Assembly (NCBI GenBank): GCA_963843845.1
Contig: CAWJMB010000002.1
Location: forward strand, 1,120,001 to 1,184,000
DNA length: 64,000 nucleotides
Source of the DNA: an uncultured Gemmatimonadaceae bacterium
Lineage (GTDB): Bacteria > Gemmatimonadota > Gemmatimonadetes > Gemmatimonadales > Gemmatimonadaceae
Direction: 5' to 3'
The position numbers and the translations under genes are program-made. The notes beneath the pieces were generated by a model that did not search any database, was not told where the DNA came from, and saw nothing but the letters and a program-made list of their open reading frames with translations. Positions 47,588-57,685 of this stretch are shown here, in pieces. Every line of letters begins with the position of its first letter. Within the stretch, counting starts at the first letter, position 1.

Positions 47588-48184
47588 TCAGGGAATGACC
47601 GCGCTGAAGACCGAATCGCGGTTCGCGCGCAGCGACTCCTCGTCGAGGAACTGGCGCGCCGCGGCACGTTCGGCGGCGGCGGCGGCGTCGAACTGGAGCG
47701 ACGGCACGCGACGGCGACTCTGCACGCCGTCGGAGAGCAGCTCGGCGGCCGCGCGCGCCTCACGGCGCACCTCGGCGGACGCGTCGGCGGGCGCCCACGG
47801 ATCGCTCGCGCGTGCGAGATCTTCGTCGAGCGGCTCGAGCACCGAGCGCGCCGCGAGGTCGCGCCGGGCGCCCTGCGTCTGCAGCGTGACGCCGCCCACG
47901 ACGCCGAGGATCACGGCCGCGGCGGCGAGGCCGGGGCGCGCCCAGGCGGCCAGCGTGTGCCACCACTCGACGGCGGCCGTCGGACCCGCACGCACGGCGG
48001 CCATGATCGTCGCCTCGAGCCCGTCCCAGTAGCCATCGCCGGGCGCGGCGTAGAGCGAGCGCATGCGGCGGGCGAGGGCAGGATCGAGCGGCTCTGCGTT
48101 CGGCTGCGGTGCTACGCTGTCTGCGCGTGCTGCACGATCGGCTGCACTATCGAGCTCGCCGCGAACGACGCGGAAGCGACGCAT
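47588..48184 (-). CDS. Putative anti-sigma factor
   Basis: TGATG overlap with the sigma gene, APGDGYWDGLEATIM..WW and a single TM. Confidence 0.65.
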   Translation of the reverse strand: MRRFRVVRGELDSAADRAARADSVAPQPNAEPLDPALARRMRSLYAAPGDGYWDGLEATIMAAVRAGPTAAVEWWHTLAAWARPGLAAAAVILGVVGGVTLQTQGARRDLAARSVLEPLDEDLARASDPWAPADASAEVRREARAAAELLSDGVQSRRRVPSLQFDAAAAAERAAARQFLDEESLRANRDSVFSAVIP

Positions 48185-48822
48185 CAAAGGTCCTCTCGCA
48201 CATCCCCCAGCAGACGACGGAGCTGGGCGCGCGCGTGGTGCAGGTCTGACCGAGCGGTTCCCTCGGGGATTCCGAGCATCGAGCCGATCTCGGCGTGCTT
48301 GAACCCCTCGACGTCATGCAAGACGATGACCGCCCGCTGCCGCGCGCCGAGCGACGCCATCGCCGTCCGGAGGCGCGTGCGCAGCTCGAGCGACTCGGCC
48401 GGATCGCGTGACGGGCGCGGGGAGGCGACCGTCTCGGGCAGCTCGTCCGCGTCGCGGACCTTGCGGCGCCGCGCGATGTCGAGCGCCGCGTTCGCGACGA
48501 TGCGGTGCAGCCACGCCCCGAACGCCTGCTCCGGACGGAACCGGTCGAGCGCGCGGTACGAGTGCAGGAAGCCTTCCTGAACGGCGTCCTCGGCGTCCTC
48601 GTGCGTCATCACGATCGCACGGGCGACGGCATACGCGCGGCGCTGGTGCAGCCGCACGAGGCCGGCGAACGCCTGCGCGTCGCCGGCCTGCGCCGCGAGC
48701 ACGAGCGCGCGTTCGGCGAGCGCGGCGTCGCTGACGGGCGCCGGTGGCGCGAAGACGGTCCGCGGGGCATCGGCGACAGGTGCACCGAGACCGAACGGGA
48801 GGGCGAGCGCAGGGACGGTCAT
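48184..48822 (-). CDS. ECF sigma-70 factor
   Basis: Motifs DAEDAVQEGF, FGAWLHRIVAN and LHDVEGFKHAEIGSMLGIPEGTARS. Confidence 0.93.
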   Translation of the reverse strand: MTVPALALPFGLGAPVADAPRTVFAPPAPVSDAALAERALVLAAQAGDAQAFAGLVRLHQRRAYAVARAIVMTHEDAEDAVQEGFLHSYRALDRFRPEQAFGAWLHRIVANAALDIARRRKVRDADELPETVASPRPSRDPAESLELRTRLRTAMASLGARQRAVIVLHDVEGFKHAEIGSMLGIPEGTARSDLHHARAQLRRLLGDVREDL

Positions 48823-48853
48823 CCTGGCCAGGCGTGAGGTGTTCGCAACGACG

Positions 48854-48880
48854 TACGCAACGCTCGGGGAGAGCGTTGAC
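48854..48880 (-). promoter_or_regulatory. Candidate autoregulatory ECF promoter
   Basis: GTCAAC-N17-CGTA on the minus strand, just upstream of the sigma gene. Confidence 0.5.
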
Positions 48881-48917
48881 GGCGGAACGACAGACGAACG
48901 TACGTCCTACAGCGCGA

Positions 48918-49505
48918 TCACAAACCGAGCGCCGCCGATTCGGCGCGCATCGCTTCGATCACGAACGCAATGTGGTCGTTCAAGTCGACGCCGAGCGACT
49001 CGGCGCCCTGAATGACGTCGTCGCGGTTCACGCCGCGCGCGAACGCCTTGTCCTTCATCTTCTTGCGTACCCCCGCCGCGTCCACGTCGACCAGACTGCG
49101 AGAGGGTTTGACGAGCGCCGTGGCGGTGATGAGGCCAGTCAGCTCGTCGACGGCGAACAGGGCTTTCGCCATCGGCGTCGTACGCGGGGTTCCCGTGTAC
49201 TCGGCATGCCCTAAGATCGCCTCCACGACGTCCTCAGGGTAGCCCCGCCGGCGCAGAATCCGCGCACCGGCGCTCGGATGCTCTTCGGTCGCCGACCGAT
49301 CAGCGTTCGGCCAGCGCTCGTAGTCGAAGTCGTGCAGCAGACCGGCGAGCGCCCAGCGGTGCTCGTCCTCGCCGAACTTCCGCGCGTAGGCGCGCATGGC
49401 GGCCTCGACGGCGAGCATGTGCTTGCGGAGGCTCTCGGACTGCGTGTACTCGTGGACGAGGGCGAGGGCGTCGTCGCGGGAGGGGAGCGGGGCGGACGAG
49501 GTCAT
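48918..49505 (-). CDS. HD-domain (HDIG-type) metal-dependent phosphohydrolase
   Basis: Motifs LRKHMLAVE, GLLHDFDYE, AILGH and DELTG. Confidence 0.9.
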   Translation of the reverse strand: MTSSAPLPSRDDALALVHEYTQSESLRKHMLAVEAAMRAYARKFGEDEHRWALAGLLHDFDYERWPNADRSATEEHPSAGARILRRRGYPEDVVEAILGHAEYTGTPRTTPMAKALFAVDELTGLITATALVKPSRSLVDVDAAGVRKKMKDKAFARGVNRDDVIQGAESLGVDLNDHIAFVIEAMRAESAALGL

Positions 49506-51163
49506 CCGCCCAAGCTAACGGCCGCCGTCAGTGCGCGTCGACCGCTACGGCGCGCGCCGCGCCGCTTGCGGAGGATGAACACCGCCGGGATGACGACGAG
49601 GAACGACAGCATGATGAGCAGCCACGCGTCGTTGTACGCGAGCATCGCCGACTGCTTGCGCAGCGTCCCTTCGAGTATCGCGTACGCCTGCTGCTGCGCC
49701 TCGGCGAGCGAGCCGCCGCGCGTGGAGAGACCGGCGACGAGCGCGCGGAAGCGCTCCTCGAACGCCGGGTTGCCGGCGTAGAAGTTCGCCGCGAGGTCGG
49801 CGCGGTGGTACTCGACGTGGCGCGTGAGGTAGGTGCCCAGCACCGCGATGCCGAACGAGCCGCCGAGCTGGCGCGAGAGGTTGATGAGCCCCGCCGCCTG
49901 CTGCGCCTCGTGCGGTTTGAGGCTGGCGAAGGCGACGTTGTTGATCGGCGTGAACAGGAAGCCGAGGGCGAGCCCGCGGATGATGAGGGCCGTGCGCGCG
50001 TCCGCCTCGCCGGCCGCCGTCGTCAGGTGCCCGAGGTCCCACATCGACCAGAGCATGAGCGTCATGCCGATGAGGATCAGGACGCGTGCGTCCGCCTTCG
50101 GCCGGTCGCCGTTCAGCATGAAGCCGCAGAACACCGCGACGATCGCCGTCGCGATGCCGCCGGGCATCATCGACAGCCCCGTCTCGGTCGGGGTGAAGCC
50201 GAGGATCGACTGCGTGAACAGCGGGAAGAGAAACGCGCCGCCGAACAGGCCGAAGCCGAGGATGACGAACAGAAAGATCGACGCGGCGAGGTCGCGGTTC
50301 TTCAGCACGCGGAGCTGAATCACCGGGTGCGTGTTGCGCCGCGAGAGCTGCCACCAGAGCAGCGTCGCGAGCGATCCGACCGAGAGGATCGCGAGGCGGA
50401 GGATCCACGCGTCCGAGAACCAGTCGTTCGCGTTCCCCTCCTCGAGCACGTACTGCAGCGACCCGACGCCGACGATGAGCAGCGTGATGCCGAGCCAGTC
50501 GACGTTCCCCTTCTGCCGCTGCATCTCGGGCGGGTCGTGCAGGAACGTCGTGATGAGGAACGTCGCGACGAGGCCGATGGGGACGTTGATGAAGAAGCAC
50601 CACCCCCACGTGTAGTTGTCGGTGATCCACCCGCCCAACGTCGGGCCCAGCGTCGGCGCGACGATGATGCCCAACAGAAAGATCGCCTGCACGAGCCCCT
50701 GCTCGCGCTGCGGGAAGATCTGTCGCAGCGTCGCCTGCGCGGTCGACAGCAGCGCGGCGCCTCCCGCCCCTTGCAGCAGACGGAACACGACGAGCTCGCC
50801 CAGGCTCGTCGACGTGCCGCAGAGGAACGACGCGACGATGAAGAGCAGGATCGAGAACGTCAGATAATTCTTGCGGCCGAAGCGCGCCGCGAAGAACGCC
50901 GTCATCGGCAGCACGACGACGTTCGCGAGGATGTACGACGTACTGACCCACGCGATCTCCTGCTGCGTCGCGTTGAGGTTCCCCGCCATCTGTGGCAGCG
51001 CGACGTTGATGATCGTCGTGTCGAGGATCTCCATGACGGCCCCGGTGATGAGGCCGAGCAGGATGAACCAGCGGTAGCGCTCGACGTTCGCGAGGTGCGA
51101 CGCCGTCGCGGCCGACGGCGCCGACGTCGGGGCCCCCGCGGCCGGACGGACTGCGGTGCTCAC
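49502..51163 (-). CDS. emrB: DHA2-family MFS efflux permease, EmrB-like (true stop probably 49528 after a late frameshift)
   Basis: Motifs EILDTTIINVALP, WVSTSY, FRLLQGAGG, APTLGPTLGGWITDN, FFINVPIG and RQLGGSFG. Confidence 0.93.
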   Translation of the reverse strand: MSTAVRPAAGAPTSAPSAATASHLANVERYRWFILLGLITGAVMEILDTTIINVALPQMAGNLNATQQEIAWVSTSYILANVVVLPMTAFFAARFGRKNYLTFSILLFIVASFLCGTSTSLGELVVFRLLQGAGGAALLSTAQATLRQIFPQREQGLVQAIFLLGIIVAPTLGPTLGGWITDNYTWGWCFFINVPIGLVATFLITTFLHDPPEMQRQKGNVDWLGITLLIVGVGSLQYVLEEGNANDWFSDAWILRLAILSVGSLATLLWWQLSRRNTHPVIQLRVLKNRDLAASIFLFVILGFGLFGGAFLFPLFTQSILGFTPTETGLSMMPGGIATAIVAVFCGFMLNGDRPKADARVLILIGMTLMLWSMWDLGHLTTAAGEADARTALIIRGLALGFLFTPINNVAFASLKPHEAQQAAGLINLSRQLGGSFGIAVLGTYLTRHVEYHRADLAANFYAGNPAFEERFRALVAGLSTRGGSLAEAQQQAYAILEGTLRKQSAMLAYNDAWLLIMLSFLVVIPAVFILRKRRGARRSGRRALTAAVSLGG

Positions 51164-51170
51164 GGTCGAC

Positions 51171-52346
51171 TCACCGCGTGTCGACGTGCACGTCGACGCT
51201 CATTCCGGGGCGCAGCGGGCGGTCGGGGCCGAGACCGCGCGTGATGCGGATGCGGACGGGGACGCGCTGCACGACCTTCGTGAAGTTGCCGGTCGCGTTG
51301 TCGGGCGGGAGCAGCGCGAAGCGGGCGCCGGTCGCGCTGCTGATGCTCTCGACCGTTCCCTCGACCTCGGCGCCGCCGTACGCGTCGACGTCGGCCTTCA
51401 CGTGCTGACCGACGCGCACGTCGCGGACCTGCGTCTCCTTCATGTTCGCCGTGATCCAGAGACCGGTGTCGGCGACGACGGACATGAGCGTCTGGCCGGG
51501 CGCGACGAGCTGGCCGACCTCGACGCTCTTGCGCGTGACGACGCCCGCGGCCGGCGCGTTGATCCGTGTGTACGTCAGCTGCAACGCGGCGTTCTCGCGC
51601 TGCGCCCTCGCACCCTCCGTGCGCGCCTCGGCGAGGCGCACGCTCGCGCGCGCGTTCTGCACGCCCGCCTGCGCTCCGGTCACGCCGGCGCCGGTCGCGC
51701 TCACGGTGCGTTGCACGGCGAGGAGCTGGGCGCGCGCCGCGGCCTCGGCCGCGCGCACGCCGTCGAGCGCCTGCTGCGAGACGATCTGCTTCGCGGCGAG
51801 ATCTTCGTAGCGGCGCAGGTCGTTCGTCGCCTTGTCGAGGTTCGCGCGCGCGGCCGCGACGTTCGCCTCGCCGGCCGCGGTCTGACTCGACGCGGTCCGT
51901 ACGGCGGCCTGTGTCTGCGCGACCGTGGCGCCGCCACCGCGAGCGGTCGCTTCGGCCGCGGCGAGGTCGGCGTCGGCCTGCGAGAGCCGCACGCGGTACT
52001 CGGCGTCGTCGATCTCGACGAGCGGGGCGCTCGCCGTGACGCGCTGGTTCTCGAGCACGGTCACGGTGCGCACGTAGCCGCCGACTTTCGCGATCACGGG
52101 AACGATGTGTCCGTCGATCTGCGCGTTGTCGGTCGACGCGTGGGCGCGGCTGTAGAGCCACGTCTTGACCCCCCAGCCGGCGGCGACGAGCGCGATCAGC
52201 GCGACGATCGGGAGAATGAACTTCTTCTTCGAGCCCGTCGCCGGCGCGCTCGGCGCGTGCGGGGTGTGGGCGGCGTTCGCCATCGCCGGCGCTGGCGCGT
52301 GCGGCGGGGCGGGACGGTCGGAATCTGGACGTGTGGCGGCGGACAT
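51171..52346 (-). CDS. emrA: EmrA/HlyD-family membrane fusion protein
   Basis: Motifs STDNAQIDG, ANMKETQ and FALLPPDNATGNFTKVVQRVPVRI. Confidence 0.93.
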   Translation of the reverse strand: MSAATRPDSDRPAPPHAPAPAMANAAHTPHAPSAPATGSKKKFILPIVALIALVAAGWGVKTWLYSRAHASTDNAQIDGHIVPVIAKVGGYVRTVTVLENQRVTASAPLVEIDDAEYRVRLSQADADLAAAEATARGGGATVAQTQAAVRTASSQTAAGEANVAAARANLDKATNDLRRYEDLAAKQIVSQQALDGVRAAEAAARAQLLAVQRTVSATGAGVTGAQAGVQNARASVRLAEARTEGARAQRENAALQLTYTRINAPAAGVVTRKSVEVGQLVAPGQTLMSVVADTGLWITANMKETQVRDVRVGQHVKADVDAYGGAEVEGTVESISSATGARFALLPPDNATGNFTKVVQRVPVRIRITRGLGPDRPLRPGMSVDVHVDTR

Positions 52347-52406
52347 GTCGGTGACGGTGGCGGCGGCGTTACTGCTGGCTGACGGTTGCCTGACGGCGGT
52401 CGAAGC

Positions 52407-52472
52407 GCGGTCGACCGGCGGTGGTGCGGAGGTCGGTGCGGCGGACGAGGTGCGGCGGACGAGGTGCGGCGG
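52407..52472. repeat. Second copy of the right arm of the 29.3-kb element, with tandem GGCGGACGAGGTGC
   Basis: 52407-52458 matches 29383-29434 at 44 of 52 positions without gaps. Confidence 0.8.
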
Positions 52473-52475
52473 TCG

Positions 52476-53894
52476 CTACGGCAGCTCCGTCAGCGCGCCC
52501 TGCGCGCGGGCGAGCGAGACGCGGGCCGACTGGTAGGCGGTCAGCGCGTCGACGCGGGCCGTGCGGGCGGCATTCAGCGACAGCGCGGCGGTGATGACGT
52601 CGGCGTTGCCGGCGACGCCGGCGCGGAACCGGTCGCGCGCCTGCGACAGCTCCTGCTCGGCGAGCAGCTGCCGCTCGGTCGCGGCGCCGACCTGCTCGCG
52701 TGCCGACGACAGGTCGAGCAGCGAGCCGCGCACCTCGACGGCGGCCTGCGCGAGCAGGTCGCGGCGGCGCACGTCGAACTCGGCGGCGACGGCCTCCTGC
52801 TCCTGCTGACGCCCCTGGCGACGGAAGCCGTTGAAGATCGGGACGCCGACCTGGAGGCCGAAGTCGTAGGTGTTCAGCAAGTGCGACAGATCGAGTCCGA
52901 TGACGCCCTGATCGTAGAAGCCCGACACGGTCGGCAGGCGCTCGGCCCTGATCGCGCTGACCTGACGGCGCGCGGCGTCGAGCTGGGCGGCGGCGGCGCG
53001 CAGGTCCGGGCGGTGCGCGAGCGCGCGCGACACGGCCTCCGACTCACTCGGCGCACCCTCGGCCGACGGGAGGGCGGGGAGCGAGTCGGCGAGGCGGAGC
53101 GGCGTGTCGAGCGGCAGGTCGAGGGTGCGACGCAGCTCGAGCTCGGCGCGGTCGCTCTCGTTGCGGGCGACGATGAGCTGGGCGCGCGTCGCGGCGAGCT
53201 GCGACTGCGCGCGCGTCACGTCGAGCGCGACCCCGGTGCCGGCACGCAGCTGCTCGCGTGCGATGCCCAACAGATCGGCGGCGAGCGCGGAATCGGCGGC
53301 GCGCGCCCGATACTGCCCCTGCGCACGCAGCGCGCGCAGGTACGCGGTCGCCGCCTGCGTCGCCGCGAGCTCGGCCTGGTTCGCCGCCTCGGCGTCGCTC
53401 GCCCGCTCGAGGGACTGCGCCGCCTTGATGCGACTGAACGCGCCGAGGTCGAGCAGGTTCGCCGAGATGCGGCCGCGGAAGTCCCAGAGCTGCACGGGGC
53501 CTTCGACCTGGCCGTTCGGGTCGAACAGCGGCGGCTGTCCCGCCGTCGTCGGAAACTGGATGCCGAACGTCGCCGTGTTGAAGGTGCGGCCACTGCGGCC
53601 GGCGACCGCCTGCACCTCGGGGAGCAGCGCAGCGCGACTCTGCCGCACGCGCGCCGCCGCCTGACCGACGCGGTAGCGCGCGGCCTGGGATCCGGCGCTC
53701 CGGGTCGTGGCGAGACGAGCCGCGGCGCCGAGCGTGAGCACCGAGTCGGCGGAGACGACGCGCGGCGCGCCGGGCACCTGCGCGCCGAGGCGCGCGAGCG
53801 GGGTCGTCGGCACCGTCGCGAGGGCGAGCGAGACGACGGCGGCACGGACGGCGAGGGGGCCGGTCATCCGCGGGAACGGGGACGTCGAAGTCAT
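52476..53894 (-). CDS. TolC-family outer membrane efflux protein
   Basis: Signal peptide and two OEP repeats (ALLPEV, ERLPTV, VPIFNGF, RFRAGVAGNADV). Confidence 0.9.
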   Translation of the reverse strand: MTSTSPFPRMTGPLAVRAAVVSLALATVPTTPLARLGAQVPGAPRVVSADSVLTLGAAARLATTRSAGSQAARYRVGQAAARVRQSRAALLPEVQAVAGRSGRTFNTATFGIQFPTTAGQPPLFDPNGQVEGPVQLWDFRGRISANLLDLGAFSRIKAAQSLERASDAEAANQAELAATQAATAYLRALRAQGQYRARAADSALAADLLGIAREQLRAGTGVALDVTRAQSQLAATRAQLIVARNESDRAELELRRTLDLPLDTPLRLADSLPALPSAEGAPSESEAVSRALAHRPDLRAAAAQLDAARRQVSAIRAERLPTVSGFYDQGVIGLDLSHLLNTYDFGLQVGVPIFNGFRRQGRQQEQEAVAAEFDVRRRDLLAQAAVEVRGSLLDLSSAREQVGAATERQLLAEQELSQARDRFRAGVAGNADVITAALSLNAARTARVDALTAYQSARVSLARAQGALTELP

Positions 53895-54571
53895 GAGGCG
53901 TGCGAAGCGCCGCCCGCGACGGGGAGCCCGTCGGGGCGCAGCGCGTGAAGGGCGAAGTCGCAGATCTGGTCGAAGACCTGGTCGGGCGTGAGACTGCCGA
54001 GCGCGGCGGCTGCCTGCGGCTTGCAGATCCAGAGCGCATGGCCGAGGAGCATGGAGGCCATGGTGCGCGCGACGGCGGCCGTGTCGACCGGTCGGAACTC
54101 GCCGCGCGTGATGCCGCGCTCCATGATGCTGGCGACGATGGCGCGCGACGGCACGACGACCTCGTCGAGGTAGAAGGCCATGAGCTCGGGGAAGCGGTGC
54201 AGCTCGCCGATCACGAGTCGGTAGACCGCGAGTGTCTCGGGCGTGCGCATGAAGTCCCACCAGCCGCGCATGACGCCGCAGAGTTGCTCGACGGCGGAGC
54301 GATCGTCGGGCTGGCGCGCGAGATCGCCGCGCACGGCCTCGAGGCGGGTGACGATCGTCTGGCGCACGACCTCGCGGAACAGCGCTTCCTTGGTCGGGAA
54401 GTAGAGGTAGATGGTGCCTTTCGCGATGCCGGCTCGGCGGGCGATGTCGTCGAGGCGGGCGCTGTGGAGGCCCTGCTCGTCGAAGATCGCGCGGGCGGCG
54501 TCTACGATCTGGGTGGGGCGCTCGTCGGGCGCGCGCCGCCTGGTGCTATCGGGTTCGAGTGCGGTGACCAT
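53891..54571 (-). CDS. TetR/AcrR-family transcriptional regulator
   Basis: HTH motif ARLDDIARRAGIAKGTIYLYFPTKEALF. Confidence 0.95.
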   Translation of the reverse strand: MVTALEPDSTRRRAPDERPTQIVDAARAIFDEQGLHSARLDDIARRAGIAKGTIYLYFPTKEALFREVVRQTIVTRLEAVRGDLARQPDDRSAVEQLCGVMRGWWDFMRTPETLAVYRLVIGELHRFPELMAFYLDEVVVPSRAIVASIMERGITRGEFRPVDTAAVARTMASMLLGHALWICKPQAAAALGSLTPDQVFDQICDFALHALRPDGLPVAGGASHAS

Positions 54572-54578
54572 GCGATGA

Positions 54579-54649
54579 GACTGACCGGTCAGTCACTGAG
54601 ACGACACGGAAAACGCGCCGGTCGGCGCGTTATGACTGACTGGTCAGTA
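54579..54649. promoter_or_regulatory. Two TetR-type operators
   Basis: Perfect palindrome GACTGACCGGTCAGTC (54579-54594) and near-copy GACTGACTGGTCAGTA (54634-54649). Confidence 0.8.
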
Positions 54650-54676
54650 ATGTAGAGCGGTCCGCGGCGGTGTCAA
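54649..54676 (-). promoter_or_regulatory. Sigma-70 promoter of the tetR-efflux operon
   Basis: TTGACA (54676-54671)-N16-TACATT (54654-54649), abutting the second operator. Confidence 0.7.
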
Positions 54677-54748
54677 CCGCCGCGGACCGCGCTCACGCGG
54701 GCGACGCGAGCGTCATGGGCGACGCCCACGTGTCCGACCGAGCCTGCC

Positions 54749-54943
54749 TCAGCGCGGCGCTTCGGCCGCCGGTGCGCTCTCGTGCGCCTCGGCCGCATAG
54801 TGGCTGTTCGTCCACTTCACGATCACCACGACCGTGGTGAACAGAAACACCGCCGCGACGACGAGGCCTATGAACGCGGGGGCCTTGTCCGGCGTCGGCG
54901 GCGAGCCGGGCGGATGATGCGCGCCGTGGGAGTGACTAGCCAT
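54749..54943 (-). CDS. Small single-pass membrane protein (64 aa)
   Basis: Overlaps the PPIase stop by 8 nt. His-rich N-terminus and one TM helix. Confidence 0.6.
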   Translation of the reverse strand: MASHSHGAHHPPGSPPTPDKAPAFIGLVVAAVFLFTTVVVIVKWTNSHYAAEAHESAPAAEAPR

Positions 54944-55412
54944 TCGATTCGCTCTCGACGCGGACGGTGTTCATGACGTCGTTCCCGACGATCTGCTTCA
55001 CGACGTCCATGCCGTCGGTCACCTTGCCGAAGACGGTGTGGACCCCGTTCAGGTGTCGCGTGTTGCGCTCGCTCAGCACGATGAAGAACTGGCTTCCGCC
55101 CGTGTTCGCTCCGGCATGGGCCATCGACAGCGCGCCCTCTTCGTGCGTGCGCGGGTTCCCCTTCAGCTCGTCGGGGATCGTGTAGCCGGGGCCGCCGGTC
55201 CCGACGGGGCCCTTCGCGTGCTCGCCGCCCTTGGAGTACGGGTCACCCCCCTGCACGACGAACTCGGGGATGACGCGGTGGAACTTCACCCCATCGTAGT
55301 AGCCCGAGTTGGCGAGCTTCTCGAAGTTCTCGACGGTCTTCGGGGCGTCGGCGTCGTACAGCTCCGCGACGATGGTGCCGCGGTTGGTCTCGAACGTGGC
55401 GCGCTTGGTCAT
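54936..55412 (-). CDS. Cyclophilin-type peptidyl-prolyl isomerase
   Basis: Motifs [36 protein letters not shown] and HTVFGKV. Confidence 0.95.
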   Translation of the reverse strand: MTKRATFETNRGTIVAELYDADAPKTVENFEKLANSGYYDGVKFHRVIPEFVVQGGDPYSKGGEHAKGPVGTGGPGYTIPDELKGNPRTHEEGALSMAHAGANTGGSQFFIVLSERNTRHLNGVHTVFGKVTDGMDVVKQIVGNDVMNTVRVESESNG

Positions 55413-55485
55413 AGGCTCGGTTGAGTGACGCTCGCAAAGTAGCGGGGCTGTCTCGCCGCGCCGAACGCAGGCTAAGCATTCGCGC

Positions 55486-56515
55486 GTGCCGCCGCCTCTC
55501 CGCATCCTCGTCAGCCGCACGGATCGCCTCGGCGACGTCGTGCTCACGCTGCCGCTCTGCGGCCTGCTCACGGCGCGACTCGGCGCGGAGGTGATGATGC
55601 TCGTCCGCCCCTATGCGCACGACCTCGTCGCGGCGTGCGACGAGGTCCACGACATCGTGGTCTGGGACGACGCGCTCGACGACGACGCGGCCGCCGCGCG
55701 CCTCCGCGCGGCACGGGTCGACACGGTGCTCCACGTGCGCCCCGACCGGCGGGTCGCGACGGCAGCGCGGCGCGCGGGCATCCCGACGCGCGTCGGCACG
55801 AGCCATCGCCTCTATCACTGGTGGACGTGCACCCGCCTGGAACCGGTCGGCCGCCGCGGGTCCGACCGTCACGAGGCGCAGCTCGACGTCGCGCTCGCCC
55901 GCTCGCTGCTCGGCGACGCGCACCGCGACGTGCTCGCGCTCGCCCCCGACGCGCTGGCGCCGTTCGGCGCGACTGCGGCCGCGCGCCGCGCTCCCCGACG
56001 CGCTCGCGGCGCTCGTCGGGGCGGGCGACGACCGCTTCACGCTCGCCGTGCATCCGCGCTCGGGCGGCAGCGCGGCCGAGTGGCCGCTCGATCGCTGGTC
56101 GGCACTGATCGCGTCGCTCGACCCGGCGCGCGTCCGCGTGCTCGTCACCGGGTCGGCGGCCGAGCGCGCGGCGCTGGGTACGTGGCTCGACGCGCTCCCG
56201 CCGCACGCGCACGACGTGACCGGGCGCACCGAGCTCGCGACGCTGATCGCGCTGCTCGCCCGCGTCGACGGCTTCATCGCCGCGTCGACCGGCCCACTGC
56301 ACGTCGCCGCCGCGTTAGGCACCCGCACGCTCGGCCTGTTCTCGCCGAGGCGCCCGATCCACCCCGCGCGCTGGCGGCCGATCGGCCAGAACGCCGAGGT
56401 GCTCGTCGCCGACGTGCCGGCGAACGCCGCGGCGAGCGGGCCGGCGAGCGGCGACGTCGCGCGCATCGGCGTCGACGCGGTGTCAGCCGTCGTCGCGCGG
56501 TGGGTGCGTGCGTAG
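55486..56515 (+). CDS. Glycosyltransferase family 9, LPS heptosyltransferase-like (frameshift near 55975)
   Basis: Motifs [25 protein letters not shown] and [12 protein letters not shown]. Confidence 0.88.
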
Positions 56516-57685
56516 CTCGTCGCGCAGCGACGCGATCGCGGCGAGCACCTCCGGGAGCGACACCTCGCGCAGCGGGCGCGGCTCGGTCATCACGACGGCG
56601 CGGTAGGGGACGCCCCACGGCCGCCAGCTCGCGCACGTCGGCGGTGAGCGGCGTGTAGAGCGAGACGACGGGCACGCCGACGGCCGACGCGAGGTGTGAG
56701 TTCGCCGTGTCTGGCGTCACGACGAGCGACGCGCGCCGCAGCAGCGCGACGAGGTCGGCGATCGGTCCGCGCGGCGCGGCCGCGATCGCCGACGCGGCGC
56801 CGTCGGCCTCGCGCACGGCGGCGACGACCGCCGCGGCGTCGGCGCCGGCGTCCGGCGGCGGCGTCAGCACGACCGTCGGCGGCGCCTGCCCCGCGCGCGG
56901 CGCGAGCAGCCCGCGCGCCAGCGCGATCGTCAGCGGAGTGCCTAACGTTCTGCGGTCGTCGGACGCCCACGCATTCAGCGCGATGATCGGTCCCGGCCCG
57001 AGCGTGTCGAGGAACGCGCCGACGCGCGCGTCGGCGTCGCGGTCACGGCGCACGTCAGCGGGCCACCGCTCGAGGCGCGGTGGCGGCACCGAGGGGGGCG
57101 GCGAATGAACTCGGCGACGAAGGTCAGCATCCGCGCCGCGATCGGCTCGCTCCGGTCGACCGGGGGCGCGTAGTGCGTGAACAGCGCGACGTACTGCGCG
57201 CGGCGGGGCAGCGAGGCGCGCACCGTGTGGCGGTCGGCGACGGCCGCCGCGAACAGCCCCTCGCGCAGGCCGCGACTCCCGATGGGACTCAGGATGAGAT
57301 CGTAGTGCCGGCGGCGCAGCGTGCGAACGATGCGCGGCCAGGTCGTGCTGCGGTGATCGTTCACGTACACGTGGCTCACGCGCGCGTCGCCGTCGAGCAG
57401 CGACGCATTGCGCGGGCTCGCCAGCACATCGACGTCGGCGTGCGGGAGCAGCGCGCGGAGGTAGGCGATCGCGGGGAGCGTGACGACCATGTCGCCGATC
57501 GCGTCGTGGCGCACGAGCAGCAGCCGGCGAACGGCGGCCGGGTCGAGCGGCGTCGGCGGCGCGTCGCTCGGGAAGAGCGCGCGGTAGAACGCGGCCAGTG
57601 CCCGGTAGTCGAAGCGCCGCAGCTTCTCGGGCGCGCTGATCGGGTTCGTCGTCGGCGGGTGCCCGGGCGGGGTCGCGTGTCTCAT
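56483..57685 (-). CDS. Glycosyltransferase family 9 (frameshifts near 57100-57050 and 56630)
   Basis: Motifs RHDAIGDMVVTLP, VVTPDTANSHLASAVGVPVVSLY and WRPWG. Confidence 0.82.

Noticed and set aside
48918..49505. HD protein (and the HEAT and CPBP 'Abi' genes) as parts of an anti-phage system
   Set aside because: All lie in ordinary housekeeping context, with host-like composition and no nuclease, cyclase or mobile-element neighbours.
52440..52472. Short direct repeats as a possible mini-CRISPR
   Set aside because: These are tandem 14-mers without spacers, and there are no cas genes.
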